From Jatrophihabitans sp. (GTDB taxonomy: Bacteria; Actinomycetota; Actinomycetes; Mycobacteriales; Jatrophihabitantaceae), in contig DASZEI010000101.1 of NCBI GenBank assembly GCA_035940975.1, positions 1 through 43,456 of the forward strand: DNA of 43,456 bases. The letters are read 5' to 3'. Shown here piece by piece: positions 41,091 through 43,456 of the stretch; within the stretch, counting starts at the first letter, position 1; the number at the start of each line of letters is the position of its first letter. Both the position numbers and the translations under genes were made by a program. The notes below the pieces were generated by a model. It saw only the letters and a program-made list of their open reading frames with translations. It made no database searches and was not told the origin of the DNA.

Positions 41091-41783
41091 TCAGACCAGG
41101 TCGGCCACCAGCTGCGAGGTCAGCATCCCGACGCCTAGCTCCAGGCACCGCCGCAGGTCCGCTGCCGAATCCACGTCGCAGCGCACGCTCGCGGCCGCCT
41201 CCAGCTCGCGGGCGCCGGAGGCCAGGTGCCGGCGGGCGGAGTCCGGACCGAACAGCGGCGCCAGTTGCGAGCCCGGACCGGCGGCCAGCAGGGTGGTGCC
41301 GCTGCCGTCGAGGTCGCGCACGAAGCTGCGGCCGGCGACCGGTGCCTGGTGCAGCACCGCCAGCAGGTCCGCGGCCCGCAACGCCGGCAGGTCGCCGACC
41401 ATCGCCACCACCCCGTCGCCGGGAAACCGCCGGGCCAGCTCGGCGGCCGCGGCGGCCAGCGCCGGATTGAGGCCGCCGCCGGCGTCGGGAAGGACCTCTA
41501 TCCCGGCCGGCAGCGCCGTCCCCGGCTGCGCGGATATTTGCGGGGAGAGTTGCCCAGCGACTTGCCCGGCGACTTGCCCCGACACTTGTCCGGCGACCTG
41601 CCCGCAGACTACGAACAGCCCGCCCAGCAGGGGATGGGTGCTCAGCGCGAGCACCGCGCCCAGGGTGTCGAGCTGGATGGCCCGGACCAGTTCGGTGTGC
41701 TCGCCGTGCTCCCGGGTGGCAGCGCGCAGCCGGGTCTTGGCCGGTGTCCCCTGCTTGATCGGAACCAGAACTCGCCATTGCAC
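41091..41783 (-). CDS. cofC: 2-phospho-L-lactate/PEP guanylyltransferase (F420 biosynthesis)
   Basis: VPIK....[36 protein letters not shown]...DL; start set to GTG 41783. Confidence 0.9.
   Translation of the reverse strand: MQWRVLVPIKQGTPAKTRLRAATREHGEHTELVRAIQLDTLGAVLALSTHPLLGGLFVVCGQVAGQVSGQVAGQVAGQLSPQISAQPGTALPAGIEVLPDAGGGLNPALAAAAAELARRFPGDGVVAMVGDLPALRAADLLAVLHQAPVAGRSFVRDLDGSGTTLLAAGPGSQLAPLFGPDSARRHLASGARELEAAASVRCDVDSAADLRRCLELGVGMLTSQLVADLV
41550..41609 (-). repeat. 5 x 12-bp in-frame repeat (VxGQ) inserted in cofC
   Basis: [20 protein letters not shown] seen in DNA and protein. Confidence 0.85.
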
Positions 41784-41874
41784 TCTGAAGATGCTGCCAC
41801 TAGCCGACGGCGGTGGCAGACTCGCCTCCACCGGCGCGGCTCGCCCGGCCGGAGCCAGGTGGAAGGGAACTCGG

Positions 41875-42612
41875 TTGGTACGACGGCACGAGGAAAAGGT
41901 GGGACCGTACATGCGGTTCGCCGTTGTCCTGGTCTACCCCCTGGTCACCTTGCTGTTCCGCCGCCGCTGGGCCGGCCTGGACCGGATCCCGGCGACCGGG
42001 CCGGCCATCGTCGCGGTCAACCACATCTCCTACGCCGACCCGCTGATCTTCGCCCGGTTCATCTGGGACGCCGGCCGGGTGCCGCGTTACCTGGCCAAGG
42101 CCAGCCTGTTCACGCTGCCGTTCCCGCTGGGCCGGATCGTCACCGGCGCCGGCCAGATCCCGGTGCACCGCGACACCCTCGACGCCGCCCAGGCGCTGCA
42201 GGGCGCCGTCGAGGCGCTGGGGCGCGGCGAGGTCGTGCTGATCTATCCGGAAGGCACCGTCACCAGGGATCCGGACTTCTGGCCGATGCAGGCCAAGACC
42301 GGCGTCGCCCGGCTGGCACTGCTGGCGCCCGGCGTGCCGGTGATCCCGGTCGGGCAGTGGGGCGCCCAGTACTTCCTCGACGTCTACGCGCGCAGGTTCC
42401 GGCCCTGGCCGCGCAAGCGGATCACGATCTCGGCCGGTCCCCCGGTGGACCTGTCCGACTTCGCCGGAACCGCGCCCGATTCCAGGGCGCTGCGCCAGAT
42501 GACGGACCGGATCATGGTCGCGATCCGGGACCTGGTCGCCGAGATCCGCGACGAGGAGCCGCCGGCCGAGTTCTACCGCCGCCCGGTCGCCCGACGGGAC
42601 GGCAGTCGATGA
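41875..42612 (+). CDS. 1-acyl-sn-glycerol-3-phosphate acyltransferase (PlsC family)
   Basis: NHISYAD and YPEGT motifs; TTG start after GGAAGGG (start uncertain). Confidence 0.9.
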   Translation: MVRRHEEKVGPYMRFAVVLVYPLVTLLFRRRWAGLDRIPATGPAIVAVNHISYADPLIFARFIWDAGRVPRYLAKASLFTLPFPLGRIVTGAGQIPVHRDTLDAAQALQGAVEALGRGEVVLIYPEGTVTRDPDFWPMQAKTGVARLALLAPGVPVIPVGQWGAQYFLDVYARRFRPWPRKRITISAGPPVDLSDFAGTAPDSRALRQMTDRIMVAIRDLVAEIRDEEPPAEFYRRPVARRDGSR

Positions 42613-43456
42613 CCCGCGCCGCGGTGCTGGGCTCCGGTTCGTGGGGGACCGCGTTCGCCAAGGTGCTCGTCGATGCCGGCACCGACACCGTGATGTGGGC
42701 CCGCCGTCCGGAACTGGCCGCGATCATCAGCCGCGATCACGTCAATCCCGACTACCTGGCCGGGCTCTCGCTGCCGCGGTCACTGCTGGCCACCTCCGAC
42801 GCCGAGGAAGCCCTGGACGGTGCCGACCTGGTGGTGCTGGCGATCCCGTCCCAGGCGCTGCGGGAGAACCTGGCGGGCTGGGTCGGCCTGATCCCGGCCG
42901 GGGCGACCCTGGTCAGCCTGATGAAGGGCATCGAGCTGGGCACCGTCAAGCGGATGAGCGAGGTGATCAGCGAGGTGGCCGGCGCCGAGGCCGACCGGGT
43001 GGCGGTGGTGTCGGGCCCGAACCTGGCTCGCGAGATCGCCCTGGAGCAGCCGACCGCGACGGTGGTGGCCTGCACCGACACCGAGCGCGGCGCCCAGGTG
43101 CAGCAGGCTTGCAACGCCCCGTACTTCCGTCCCTACACCAATATCGACGTGGTCGGCACCGAACTCGGCGGGGCGGTCAAGAACGTCATCGCGCTGGCCT
43201 GCGGGATGGCTGCCGGAATGGGCTTCGGCAACAACACCATCGCCTCGCTGATCACCCGCGGCCTGGCCGAGACCTCCAGGCTGGGGCTGGCGCTCGGTGC
43301 CGACCCGGTGACCTTCGCCGGACTCGCGGGGCTGGGCGACCTGGTGGCCACCTGCGCCTCGCCGTTGTCGCGCAACCGCAGCTTCGGTGAGCGGCTGGGC
43401 AAGGGTGAGAGCCTGGAGCAGGCCCAGCAGGCCACCCACGGGCAGGTCGCCGAGGG
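42609..43456 (+). CDS. gpsA: NAD(P)H-dependent glycerol-3-phosphate dehydrogenase; truncated by window end, absent from the ORF track
   Basis: [52 protein letters not shown]; ATGA overlap with plsC. Confidence 0.95.
   Translation, partial: MTRAAVLGSGSWGTAFAKVLVDAGTDTVMWARRPELAAIISRDHVNPDYLAGLSLPRSLLATSDAEEALDGADLVVLAIPSQALRENLAGWVGLIPAGATLVSLMKGIELGTVKRMSEVISEVAGAEADRVAVVSGPNLAREIALEQPTATVVACTDTERGAQVQQACNAPYFRPYTNIDVVGTELGGAVKNVIALACGMAAGMGFGNNTIASLITRGLAETSRLGLALGADPVTFAGLAGLGDLVATCASPLSRNRSFGERLGKGESLEQAQQATHGQVAE

Overview
A high-GC actinobacterial chromosomal segment. The gene order resembles the conserved Mycobacterium/Streptomyces ligA-gatCAB-ilv-leu-gltX-leuCD-hupB-ppk region; a Jatrophihabitans/Frankiales-like source is only an inference. 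The core genes are a partial MetE-like gene, ligA, an ACT protein, gatCAB, an LppZ-like lipoprotein, a Cfp6-like PH protein, ilvD, ilvB-ilvN-ilvC-leuB-cimA with a leader-peptide attenuator, an FAH hydrolase, gltX, tRNA-Gln, tRNA-Glu, an IclR/NdgR regulator, leuCD, HU, MutT1, ppk, cofC, plsC and a partial gpsA. The accessory inserts are an MMPL cassette behind a perfect 16-bp palindrome, a stand-alone condensation-domain protein, a DUF222-HNH gene joined to a lower-GC methyltransferase, and a block of small genes after tRNA-Glu. The most striking unannotated signal is a recurring translational-relay architecture. First, a MIRU-like 74-bp interspersed repeat sits at the ilvB/ilvN and ilvC/leuB junctions, and each copy forms a mini-ORF overlapping the upstream stop and the downstream start. 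Second, a chain of three 7-codon ATGA-coupled mini-ORFs is built from 20-bp duplications of a gene start. Third, there are two further bridging or coupled mini-ORFs. A GTCTCA-N5-TGAGAC palindrome occurs at both the ndgR/leuC and ilvB promoters. No CRISPR array, integrase, transposase or rRNA was seen. All calls are by eye; no database searches were run.
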